64,000 nt of DNA from a virus. The stretch's first letter is position 1; the number at the start of each line of letters is the position of its first letter. Under the pieces are notes generated by a model, which worked only from the letters and a program-made list of their open reading frames with translations, made no database searches and was not told the origin of the DNA. The stretch lies in IMG/VR virus record IMGVR_UViG_3300032284_001716, positions 35,512 through 99,511 of that record. One strand, given 5' to 3'. Shown piece after piece: positions 39,071 through 47,928 of the stretch. A program made the position numbers and the translations under genes.

Positions 39071-40679
39071 GTATTTTGCTGGGTTTATTAGTCACCATAA
39101 GCATCTGATTTATGACCTCTACTTTACTTGTAGAATAGCGCCATTTGATCAAGATGCTATGGGTGATGTTTTTATCGAAAATCCATCTATTACTACAGAA
39201 ACGGCTCTTTGGTTTAAGAATACGTTTGGTGTAAAGATTAGTGCTACATTCAACAACATTCAGGTTCCACCAACTCAGCAAAATCTTGATCTTTGGATTA
39301 AGAATTTTACTCCACTATGGGAAGCCGGTGTTGATACAGTCACACTTCCACATACACACTGGGTAGCAACTGGTCAGATTCAAAAAGCTTTCCCGGGCAT
39401 ATTCATTAAGAATACTATACTTAGAGATGTGAACAGTGCTAGTGAGGTTGTTAACCTTGCTAAAGCTGGATTCGACTATATTAATATAGATCGAGACTTG
39501 ATGCGTGACCGTGACGCACTGCTTCGACTTAAACAGGCAAAAGAATGGGTAAAGAAAAACTTAGGAAAAACACTAGTTTTTAGCCTTCTTGCAAATGAAG
39601 GTTGCCTAGGTAAGTGCCCAATGATGGTTGAACACTTTGAGTATAACAATACTCGTGTTTTTGGACAACCACAATACTTCACAGATACTATCAGCAGAGT
39701 TAGTTGTCCAAAATGGGACTATGAAGATCCATCTGTTCAACTGAAAACTGCAAGCTTTCCACCTTGGAAAGCTGATTGGGAAGAGTTCTTTGACTTAGGC
39801 ATTGATGTATTCAAAATGCATGGTAGGGAGAGTACGAACAGAATGTTCGAATCACTCAATATTATACACAAATGGAATACAGATCAAGAAATACTATTCG
39901 ACGACTTTAAGCAGTATATTGAAGATAAGAATCTAGTTGATAAACCTATTAATATCTGGCGCAATAAGATTAAAAATTGTAAGTTTGATTGCTGGGAGTG
40001 TCAGTACTGTGATAAGATTTATGCTAAGAAAGCCCCGGCACAAGAAAGCACTCTTGTTCAATCCATAGTAACCGCGGTTACTGAAAGTGGTTCTAACGAG
40101 TTAGTATTAGATATACCCGGTTTAACTAGTCCACGCGTGCAAGCTTTACTCAATAAGTTTGCTAAACACAGTAAAAACTATCTTGAAGTTGGTTCATATT
40201 TAGGTGCCACTGCATGTGCAGTACTATCAAATAATAGTATTAATATAGCTTGTGTAGATATGTGGAAAGAACAAATTCAACCGGCTAGAGATGATATAAC
40301 TTTGCCACCTAATAATAAAGAAGCTTTTGTTTCTAATATAAAGAAGTATAAAGGTGATAATACAGTCAAAGTATATGACTGCGATATGTTTAGTGTAAAT
40401 CTGGATCAGTTATCCAACATAGATTTCTTTTTCTATGATGGCCCTCACGATGCTAAATCAACAGTTAGGGCAGTGGAATATTTTTATCCTGTGTTTGCAA
40501 AGGAAACAATATTAGTATTTGATGACGCAAATTGGGATGACGTTGTCAAGGGAGCGGATGAAGGCATTGCCCGAACTAATCTCAAGATCAAATATAGTAA
40601 AATTTTACTTAATCTACCAGAAAATAAAGATGAATGGTGGAATGGTCTTTACATCCTAGTAGTTGAAAAAGGAAACTAA
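39015..40679 (+). CDS. Peptidase U32-family (Fe-S hydroxylase-like) domain fused to a class I SAM methyltransferase (Methyltransf_24-like)
   Basis: GFDYINIDRDL.RD, LLANEGCLGKCP...H, GIDVFKMHGRE, CKFDCWECQYC; then YLEVGSYLGAT, FFYDGPHD, LVFDD..W, WWNG. Confidence 0.8.
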   Translation: MTQIFSLPINPKLTQSQFEYFAGFISHHKHLIYDLYFTCRIAPFDQDAMGDVFIENPSITTETALWFKNTFGVKISATFNNIQVPPTQQNLDLWIKNFTPLWEAGVDTVTLPHTHWVATGQIQKAFPGIFIKNTILRDVNSASEVVNLAKAGFDYINIDRDLMRDRDALLRLKQAKEWVKKNLGKTLVFSLLANEGCLGKCPMMVEHFEYNNTRVFGQPQYFTDTISRVSCPKWDYEDPSVQLKTASFPPWKADWEEFFDLGIDVFKMHGRESTNRMFESLNIIHKWNTDQEILFDDFKQYIEDKNLVDKPINIWRNKIKNCKFDCWECQYCDKIYAKKAPAQESTLVQSIVTAVTESGSNELVLDIPGLTSPRVQALLNKFAKHSKNYLEVGSYLGATACAVLSNNSINIACVDMWKEQIQPARDDITLPPNNKEAFVSNIKKYKGDNTVKVYDCDMFSVNLDQLSNIDFFFYDGPHDAKSTVRAVEYFYPVFAKETILVFDDANWDDVVKGADEGIARTNLKIKYSKILLNLPENKDEWWNGLYILVVEKGN

Positions 40680-40680
40680 A

Positions 40681-41718
40681 ATGGATTTAATTAAGTTGAC
40701 GGGTGGTTTAGACTACCTGTGGATGGTTTTCTTCATTATGATCAGTGCTGGACTAGCAAAAGAGTACAATCTTTTTGCCCCAGCATTTGCCTATGTAAGA
40801 AATACCTTTCGTAGCAACAAGTTTGTAGTTGTGATATTGAGTGCGATTGGTGGGATACTGCCAATTGAAGGAAGAGTAACCGTATCAGCGGGCCTACTGG
40901 ATACGGTTGCACCTAAGTGTGGCCATGGCCGTGAAAAGATGGGTATAGTTGATTATCTAGCTACACACCATTACTATATGTGGTCACCATTAGAGAAAAC
41001 AGTTATACTTCCAATTGCAGCATTTGGGCTAACGTATGCTACTTGGATTAGTATGATTGCTCCTTTACTAATCGTAAGTTTTGCTTTTATCGCTTGGTAT
41101 ATTTGGTATCAAGTTAAAGAAGAAGACATTACAATTACTCCAGGTAATTTTAAGATTAGTGCAGTTATTAGAAACGTATTTCCAATGTTTATTGCCATAG
41201 GTGTATACATCTGGGGCGGTGGTGAAGATAATGTGTTTACAATATTTGGTGTATTGGCATTGTATTATGTGTTCATCACACAGCAATGGTCTCCAAAGAA
41301 ATTACTGTCTTATGTCAACTGGGAAGTCATCCTTGTAGTTGGTACAGTTATTATACTTGGTAACTACTTGAAGATGTATGAAAATGAATACTCTAGCTAT
41401 ATAAAGTCTGCAGGGTTAGATCCAACAACATTCCTTGGAATGTTAATGATTAGTCTTGTAGGATTTACCGCTAGTTTTCTAATGGGAAGTAGTGGTAAGT
41501 TTGTAGCATTTGCTGTTCTGCTTTCCCAACTATTTGGGCCAGTATATTTCTTATGGTTCTTTGCTGTAGATTATGCTGGATACCTATTAAGCCCAACACA
41601 TAAGTGTGTTATGGTGGGAAATAGATACTTTGGAACTCCCTATAAGACTTATTATCTAGCTTTAGGATCATGGGCATCTCTGTTATTGTTAACAGCTGGT
41701 ATCTTCACTTTTCTATGA
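40681..41718 (+). CDS. Multi-pass membrane protein, DUF401/ion-transporter superfamily-like
   Basis: Many hydrophobic helices; GG.LP..G....SA, H....SPL, GY.LSP.H.C motifs. Confidence 0.65.
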   Translation: MDLIKLTGGLDYLWMVFFIMISAGLAKEYNLFAPAFAYVRNTFRSNKFVVVILSAIGGILPIEGRVTVSAGLLDTVAPKCGHGREKMGIVDYLATHHYYMWSPLEKTVILPIAAFGLTYATWISMIAPLLIVSFAFIAWYIWYQVKEEDITITPGNFKISAVIRNVFPMFIAIGVYIWGGGEDNVFTIFGVLALYYVFITQQWSPKKLLSYVNWEVILVVGTVIILGNYLKMYENEYSSYIKSAGLDPTTFLGMLMISLVGFTASFLMGSSGKFVAFAVLLSQLFGPVYFLWFFAVDYAGYLLSPTHKCVMVGNRYFGTPYKTYYLALGSWASLLLLTAGIFTFL

Positions 41719-41775
41719 TATAAATAGAGTGGGGAGTCAATCTCCCCACTAGCCAATAGGGGAGAGTGAACCGTG
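41719..41775 (+). promoter_or_regulatory. Late promoter TATAAATA (41719-41726) followed by a 9 bp hairpin and RBS with alternative pairing
   Basis: AGTGGGGAG-tcaat-CTCCCCACT at 41728-41750; GGGGAGA at 41759-41765 before the GTG at 41773. Confidence 0.75.
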
Positions 41776-42249
41776 GCAGATTCAAGTTTTGTAGTCAAAA
41801 ATACGCTGGTCGTGAATGGGGCCTTTTCTGCCAATTCAACAGCGGTCGCCTTCGGTAATACGACCATCTCTCCGAATGGTTATATCTCTTCAGCCTCTGG
41901 TTCAGCACTGACGTTTACTGGTGCAGTTCTTTTGCAGGCTAATGTGGTCAATCAGACCCTAACTGATGCAGCTACTATCAATTGGGATACGTCAGCTGGC
42001 CAAATTGCATATGTGACGCTTGGTGGAAATAGAACTATGGCTACACCAACCAATCTAAAGGTTGGAACATATATTCTACACGTGCTTCAAGATGGAGTAG
42101 GTGGACGCACACTATCATGGAGTTCAGTCTTTAAGTGGACCGCAGCGGTTTCTCCAGTTTTATCGACTGTTGCTGGCAGACGAGACATTTTTACTTTTAT
42201 GAGCGATGGTACAAATTTGTACGGGTCATATCTTCCAGACGTAAGGTAA
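41773..42249 (+). CDS. Short fibre/adaptor consisting mostly of the shared C-terminal tip domain
   Basis: F.VKN.L.V N-terminal motif, then third copy of QTLTD.ATI.WD.S.GQIA.VTL.GNR...QDG.G.RTL.W...FKW...D.FTF..DGTNLYGS. Confidence 0.8.
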   Translation: MADSSFVVKNTLVVNGAFSANSTAVAFGNTTISPNGYISSASGSALTFTGAVLLQANVVNQTLTDAATINWDTSAGQIAYVTLGGNRTMATPTNLKVGTYILHVLQDGVGGRTLSWSSVFKWTAAVSPVLSTVAGRRDIFTFMSDGTNLYGSYLPDVR

Positions 42250-42253
42250 AAAG

Positions 42254-43834
42254 ATGTTTGTAGCTTTTCTCCCACGACCAACACAAGTTGTTAATATTAA
42301 CTCCGGTACGAACAATGTCAATCTGTTCACGCAAGCTAATAGCCCAACATATCCATTGAATCTACTCTGCTTTATCAATGCAGCGGTAGGTTCTTCTTCT
42401 AACTCATCTCCTGCTTTCAGAACAGGCACAGGTTGGATTCCAGGTTCATACCTGTATATTCAGAATGCTAACACTGTTACTGGTGGTACCGGCCCAACAG
42501 GAAGCACTGGCTCACCTGGAAGTGTTGGCTCGCCGGGAACAACCGGTTCGCCAGGTCCGGCCGGAACACCCGGTTCGACAGGAACAACAGGAACAACAGG
42601 CGCGGCTGGTTCTCCAGGCAGTGCGGGTGCTCCAGGCCCTCAGGGTGCGCATGGCGCGGGTGGTGCTGGTGGTAACGGTGGTGCGAACTATCTTGCAGGT
42701 TCTGGTGGATCATCAGGAGCGGGTGGCTCTACTGGATCGCCCGGCGGAACCGGCGGTAACGGAAATAACGGTTCCCCAGGTGGTACAGGTGGAACAGGCG
42801 GCAACGGAAGTAATGGTACTGCCGGCGGTACAGGTGGAACCGGTGGTAACGGAACAGCCGGCGGCCCTGGTGGCGCAGGTGGTTCAGGCGGCATTGCGTT
42901 CCAAGCTGACACAGTTTCGGGACTTATCACTGTCTTAAATAACACAACTACAATTAGCGGTGGTACTGCCGGCCCAGGTGGACCCGGCGGTCCAGGTGGA
43001 GCGGGCGGCCCCGGCGGACCTGGTGGCCCTGGAGGCGCAGGCGGTGGTGCAGGCCCGGGCGGACCTGGTGGTCCTGGAGGCGCAGGTGGCGATGGCGGCG
43101 GTGGCGGTCCGGGTGGTGCAGGCGGTTACGGCGGCGGTGGCGGCGGTGGTGGCGGTGGATCTGGTGTCTACGGCCCCGGTGTTCGCTTCAATCCTTATAG
43201 TGCTATCATTTATATCACCGGTGCATCGGGCGGCGGCGGAGGCGCAAGCTATAGCTCACCTGGAGCCGGTGGTTCTGGTGGTTGGACTTATTCACCTGCG
43301 TTCTATTCACCCGCAGGTAAGGCTGATCCGCCAATCTACAATCCAGCATTTAACGTATATGCTTACAACGGTGGTGCAGCTTCTGGTGGATCCGCTGGTG
43401 GCGGTGGTGGAGGCTGGTATGGTGGTGGTGCAGGTGGTAACGGCGGTGGTATTCAATCGGCAGGTGCCGGTGGTAATCCAGGCTCTGCATCAGCATATGC
43501 TAACTATACACCGGGTGGAAAGGCGGATCCGCCAATCTTCACCGGTTATTACTACTATAACTATTGGAATGGTGGCGGTGGCGGCCCTGGTGGTGGACAA
43601 GGCGCAACAGGACCGACCGGTCCAGCGGGCAGCGCGGGTTCACCCGGCGGAACCGGTCCAACGGGGTCAGCGGGTAGTGCTGGATCGCCGGGTAGTACCG
43701 GGCCGACTGGTTCTGCAGGATCACCTGGAGGCACTGGACCAGCTGGAACACCGGGCTCGCAAGGACCTGCTATTTCAGGCAACTCAAATATTATCTACGT
43801 AAACACAGGTACAAGAAACGGACCGATAGGATAA
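42254..43834 (+). CDS. gp38-like glycine-rich adhesin with long (Gly-X-Y)n polyglycine-II segments
   Basis: N-terminal NVNL...VGS.S...PAF.TG..W..GS.L.I.N...G, GG.A....I...N...I.GG and C-terminal G.AI.GNSNI....G.R.G follow the T-even gp38 layout. Confidence 0.75.
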   Translation: MFVAFLPRPTQVVNINSGTNNVNLFTQANSPTYPLNLLCFINAAVGSSSNSSPAFRTGTGWIPGSYLYIQNANTVTGGTGPTGSTGSPGSVGSPGTTGSPGPAGTPGSTGTTGTTGAAGSPGSAGAPGPQGAHGAGGAGGNGGANYLAGSGGSSGAGGSTGSPGGTGGNGNNGSPGGTGGTGGNGSNGTAGGTGGTGGNGTAGGPGGAGGSGGIAFQADTVSGLITVLNNTTTISGGTAGPGGPGGPGGAGGPGGPGGPGGAGGGAGPGGPGGPGGAGGDGGGGGPGGAGGYGGGGGGGGGGSGVYGPGVRFNPYSAIIYITGASGGGGGASYSSPGAGGSGGWTYSPAFYSPAGKADPPIYNPAFNVYAYNGGAASGGSAGGGGGGWYGGGAGGNGGGIQSAGAGGNPGSASAYANYTPGGKADPPIFTGYYYYNYWNGGGGGPGGGQGATGPTGPAGSAGSPGGTGPTGSAGSAGSPGSTGPTGSAGSPGGTGPAGTPGSQGPAISGNSNIIYVNTGTRNGPIG

Positions 43835-43838
43835 AAAC

Positions 43839-44306
43839 ATGGACATTCACTACAAAATCATTGAAGTCAATCCAAATGAACATGCGATCGTCGTTAGATA
43901 CTTTACTGATTTCTTGTCAGAGGAAGATCTAGCAACAAATCCGGAGGATCCTAACAGACTTCCGGATGGATCGCCTGTCAGATGCCGTACAGACTATAAC
44001 ATTAACGTTCCAGTGCCAGCACCAACCGGTGCGCAGCTTGAGGAATTTATTATCTCAAACGCACCAGTTCACTGGCTTGAAATTGTTCGTCAGGTTAGAG
44101 ATCCGGATATTGACACCTCGTTATCAGAGCTTCAAAACATGATTGGTGTACATAACACCAGATCAGTTGAAGTTGCACCATCTCAGCCAACATATCTTGC
44201 ACCATTTACTCCTCCTGCAGAACCTAAGGAAGAGATTGCTGGTGTCATGACTGATGATGATATTAAGGAACTTCTAGCAAAGGCAGCGGCCGGTAAAGCT
44301 GGTTAA
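43839..44306 (+). CDS. Hypothetical protein, possible adhesin chaperone/assembly factor
   Basis: Immediately downstream of the adhesin; YKIIEV.....IVVRY, YNI..P.PAP....L..FI...AP. Confidence 0.55.
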   Translation: MDIHYKIIEVNPNEHAIVVRYFTDFLSEEDLATNPEDPNRLPDGSPVRCRTDYNINVPVPAPTGAQLEEFIISNAPVHWLEIVRQVRDPDIDTSLSELQNMIGVHNTRSVEVAPSQPTYLAPFTPPAEPKEEIAGVMTDDDIKELLAKAAAGKAG

Positions 44307-44308
44307 TT

Positions 44309-45391
44309 ATGACTCTGAGTAGAAAACTCAATGAGAATATCTTTTATTATGATGGTGCTAGGAATCTCTATAACAATAGGCACGATCTTCTAGCATCAGA
44401 GTTTTCCACTCTGAAACGCTTTTACTATTATGATAAAGAGTTCTCACAGGTAAACTGGACTAAAGAGCCAGTAGAAGATCTATGGACTCTTTATTCCAGG
44501 AGAGCCCAACAAATTAGAGATGACTTCGACTATGTCATCTTATGTTATTCAGGCGGTGTTGACTCTACCACTATCCTAGAAGCTTTCTACTATAACAACA
44601 TCTATATTGATGAGATTCTACTAGTGGGTGCTTTCTCACGGGATAAGTTTCAGGGTGATGACACCAACCATAATGCAGATTTGTACTATAATGTGCACCC
44701 TACTTTGAGGTCAATGAATCTTCCAAACACGAAGATTACAGTTAAAGACTATACAGAGTACTTCAATGATCCAAATAACTTCTCACTAATCAAAGAATAT
44801 GGCGATGACTTTGCGCTCATGCTAGGTGCGTACACTAGTGTGCATAACCTATTCTGGTATGACTTAAAGAAGTTTATCGGCGCGGATAAGACCAAGAATA
44901 CCTGCTATATTATGGGATCTGATAAACCAAAGCTATCATATGAGGCACACACAAATCGTTTCTACACTGATATGAACGATGCATCTGTGGCCGACTATGG
45001 CGCTGCGTTTGTAGATGAGAACTTCACTCGAGTTAACTTCTATACAGAGCCTAAAGCCGAAGCTATCATGAGGAAGCAGCTGCACACGCTTCTAAAGTTC
45101 TATATTCAGAATATCAATATCGATAAGACTATGACACATGATAACTTTCAGCAGCACTACATAAGCATAGTCAATGGGCTGATGTACAACCTTCGAAATC
45201 CGCTAAAGTATAAGTCTAAAAAATCAGTAATATCGTGCCTAAGTGTCAGAGATATGTTTATGTTGGAGTCACAGGACTCTGATATGTTCAAGATATATAA
45301 ACAAGCAACACTTAAATTGGACAAACGAGTTGCGTACCTCAGAAGAGGCATCCAAACTCAGAAATATTACGTAACAGAAAGTGCGGAATGA
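44309..45391 (+). CDS. PP-loop (N-type ATP pyrophosphatase, HUP fold) enzyme, paralog 1
   Basis: RAQQIRDDFDYVILCYSGGVDSTTILEAF..NNI.IDEI. Confidence 0.8.
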   Translation: MTLSRKLNENIFYYDGARNLYNNRHDLLASEFSTLKRFYYYDKEFSQVNWTKEPVEDLWTLYSRRAQQIRDDFDYVILCYSGGVDSTTILEAFYYNNIYIDEILLVGAFSRDKFQGDDTNHNADLYYNVHPTLRSMNLPNTKITVKDYTEYFNDPNNFSLIKEYGDDFALMLGAYTSVHNLFWYDLKKFIGADKTKNTCYIMGSDKPKLSYEAHTNRFYTDMNDASVADYGAAFVDENFTRVNFYTEPKAEAIMRKQLHTLLKFYIQNINIDKTMTHDNFQQHYISIVNGLMYNLRNPLKYKSKKSVISCLSVRDMFMLESQDSDMFKIYKQATLKLDKRVAYLRRGIQTQKYYVTESAE

Positions 45392-45855
45392 CGCATCTTT
45401 TCTATTTCCTTTTATGGACACTTGTGATATATTGTATGCATAGGATCGTGCACATAGTTCCTTATATGAGCAAGATCCATGGCGATCATCACAAGCAGGT
45501 GTCCCAGGCAACGATCCGTGGTCTACACTGGACGAACCTATTCCTATACTTTGATAGCTGGAAGAGTACTGCAGACCAATGGATAACTGAGGTCATTCCA
45601 ACTTTTATTCTATGCTTAGTGTCTGGACAATGGTGGTTGATGGTATTCTACTATATTTGGGCAGCATTCATTCAAGAGTCTATTGAGCATAACGAGAAGT
45701 TTAATCTATATCCATTTATCACCAGTGGTAAATGGCACTTGATTCATCATAGAGAACCCGATAAGAATTATGGAGTATTCTTTCCCATCTGGGATATGAT
45801 ATTTGGCACGTGGAAGGGAATCGATGGCAACGCACAAGAATTGGCTAAGAAGTAA
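45388..45855 (+). CDS. Fatty acid hydroxylase/sterol desaturase family membrane enzyme
   Basis: His boxes HRIVH, HGDHH, EHN, HLIHH and NYG.FFPIWD.IFGT. Confidence 0.88.
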   Translation: MTHLFYFLLWTLVIYCMHRIVHIVPYMSKIHGDHHKQVSQATIRGLHWTNLFLYFDSWKSTADQWITEVIPTFILCLVSGQWWLMVFYYIWAAFIQESIEHNEKFNLYPFITSGKWHLIHHREPDKNYGVFFPIWDMIFGTWKGIDGNAQELAKK

Positions 45856-46645
45856 TATCACTGATCGTAAGGATGTAGGTTTAGATCTTGATGTTACAGT
45901 AACAAAGATCGATGAGTGGAACCTTAATACACCATGGGATAAAGCTTCAGAAAATGTAGTAAAACTTATTGCTGACCTTGATAAACCAATATTCATTGGA
46001 TTAAGTGGTGGTTTAGATTCTGATTATGTCTGTACCGTATTCGAAGAAGCCGGTGTTAAGTATACACCGATAATTATCGATACACCTGGAAATCAAGATG
46101 AATTGAAGTATGCATACCAGTTTTGTAAAATCTGGGGTATAGATCCACTAGTGATCAAGAAGACTGAAGCAGAGATGCTAGGTACATACTATGATAAGAT
46201 CTTGAATGCTTGCAGTGGATATGGTCATAACTCTGTTGCCATGTATATGATCGGTGAATACACCAAGAAGATGGGTGGTGTCTATGTTATGGCTGAACAT
46301 CTAATAGATGAAAAGCCACGCGGTGGTTTTAATGTGGGTTGCAACGAGTGGGATTTCTATAACGATCTACTTCTCGGTGAGGACAATACCGTATACTTCT
46401 TCAACTATACACCAGAGATTAGCGCTGCAATGATCAGAGAATTTCCTGATTATGATGATGTGCAAAAGTCTAAAGCAGAGTTTTACGGTCTTGAATATAG
46501 GCTTAAGATGAAGTATCGTTATAGTGATTCGTACAATAAAACGTTCGGCCAATTAAGACGAACAAAGTGGTTGACACACAATCCTAACTATACGTTTGGA
46601 ACAAGAGAAGAATATCTAAATTTGCTACAATCGATGGGTGAATAA
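45824..46645 (+). CDS. PP-loop enzyme, divergent paralog 2
   Basis: IFIGLSGGLDSDYV...F...G; likely ATG at 45824. Confidence 0.75.
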   Translation: MATHKNWLRSNITDRKDVGLDLDVTVTKIDEWNLNTPWDKASENVVKLIADLDKPIFIGLSGGLDSDYVCTVFEEAGVKYTPIIIDTPGNQDELKYAYQFCKIWGIDPLVIKKTEAEMLGTYYDKILNACSGYGHNSVAMYMIGEYTKKMGGVYVMAEHLIDEKPRGGFNVGCNEWDFYNDLLLGEDNTVYFFNYTPEISAAMIREFPDYDDVQKSKAEFYGLEYRLKMKYRYSDSYNKTFGQLRRTKWLTHNPNYTFGTREEYLNLLQSMGE

Positions 46646-47545
46646 ATGGAAGAACCTAAAGTAGAAATTGGGTCTCAACAGACTCTACTTGAAACTAAAA
46701 AGAATCTTCAGTCTTTAAGAGCTTACACCACTGAACGTGGTTGGGGAAGTGATCTTTATAGTGACTTTGAACGAGCTTATGGCAAGTATCTACTGGTTCC
46801 ATTTGATATTCCAAAGATTTTACCAAATGATCCAAACAAGTTTGTAGAGTTTTTCTTTACAAAGGGTGCAAATGCAGTAAAGATTAAGACAGATATGTTA
46901 AGTAAAGCAGGATCTGGTCAGGGTGGTAAGTCGCCGTATGTACAGATTACTAGTGTATCTGAAAAGCATTCAGACGTTTGGTCGGATAATCCAGTTCCTG
47001 AAATTTATACTGAGTTTCCAGAGATCTTCGAGCAGATTCATGAGTATATGCCATTCATCACCAGAAAGAATTTCAAATGGTTTATGTGGTCCAGCAACTG
47101 GGATGTACCACCACACCGTGATTATGGATCACAGTTAGATTGTCCAGCTGGTATTCGTATCATGTTGTTTGACAATAACCCTGAACCTACCTTGAGTATG
47201 TCAGTAGATCCGATCGATAAAGAGTACAGCCGCAAATATCCTATTATTCTACCTGATGATACCAACAGTTTTGCCTGGAATAATCTTCGTCAGAAGCACG
47301 AAAGTAGGTATATCAAGGGTCACCGCAAGATTCTCTTTATAGTTTCAGCCAAAGAGATCGGATTTATCACTAGTACGACATATGGTAAACGTACCTTAAA
47401 TCAATATGTCGATCTTCTTGATCGAAGTGTGGCCAAATATAAAGATCATGTGGTAGTGGATACCGACAATGACTATACAGACTATCTAGATTTCAATGGC
47501 ACCGAGCCTATAAATATAGTTATGGGTAACAAGGAGATTCTCTAA
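46646..47545 (+). CDS. Cupin/2OG-Fe(II) oxygenase-like protein
   Basis: VPPHRD...IRIML...TNSFAWNN...HES...RKIL; HxD...H facial triad pattern. Confidence 0.55.
   Translation: MEEPKVEIGSQQTLLETKKNLQSLRAYTTERGWGSDLYSDFERAYGKYLLVPFDIPKILPNDPNKFVEFFFTKGANAVKIKTDMLSKAGSGQGGKSPYVQITSVSEKHSDVWSDNPVPEIYTEFPEIFEQIHEYMPFITRKNFKWFMWSSNWDVPPHRDYGSQLDCPAGIRIMLFDNNPEPTLSMSVDPIDKEYSRKYPIILPDDTNSFAWNNLRQKHESRYIKGHRKILFIVSAKEIGFITSTTYGKRTLNQYVDLLDRSVAKYKDHVVVDTDNDYTDYLDFNGTEPINIVMGNKEIL
47509..47516 (+). promoter_or_regulatory. T4-type late promoter TATAAATA
   Basis: Exact consensus about 30 bp upstream of ORF 47545 (AAGGAG RBS), heading the PP-loop/TctC pairs. Confidence 0.75.
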
Positions 47546-47919
47546 TGACCATTAAACTATATCAAGACCTTATCAAGACTGATGAACAGACTTGGAATGA
47601 AAGATCACCACAGGGTGAAACAGATCAGTATTTTGTTGATTGGAAGACGAACGTTGTCGAAAAGCAGCCTGGATATATTAGCATGACGACTAGAGAAGAT
47701 CTAGATGCTAATACCAGAAGAATTACCTGGGAAATCGATACTATCGATCACGCAAAGCCGTTCTATCAGGCTACACATGATCCAAGTAATCCTATCTATA
47801 AGGCTTATATCGATAATGTAATGAGCATGCCTACATATCAGCACCATAAGTTTAGACTTAGCCTTGATCGTAATGATGGTTCGAACAACGCTGTAACTGT
47901 TATGGTTGAACCAAAGTAA
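47545..47919 (+). CDS. Hypothetical protein, possibly dimeric alpha/beta barrel
   Basis: Strong RBS; QPGYIS....D......ITWE.DT is weakly ABM-like. Confidence 0.55.
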   Translation: MTIKLYQDLIKTDEQTWNERSPQGETDQYFVDWKTNVVEKQPGYISMTTREDLDANTRRITWEIDTIDHAKPFYQATHDPSNPIYKAYIDNVMSMPTYQHHKFRLSLDRNDGSNNAVTVMVEPK

Positions 47920-47928
47920 AATTTCAAA

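Noticed and set aside
42465-43802. Long alternate-frame and antisense ORFs (42465-42938, 42960-43802, 42688-42945, 43561-43782) and locally high GC
   Set aside because: These are by-products of repeated GGN codons in the adhesin; no evidence for overprinting or foreign origin.
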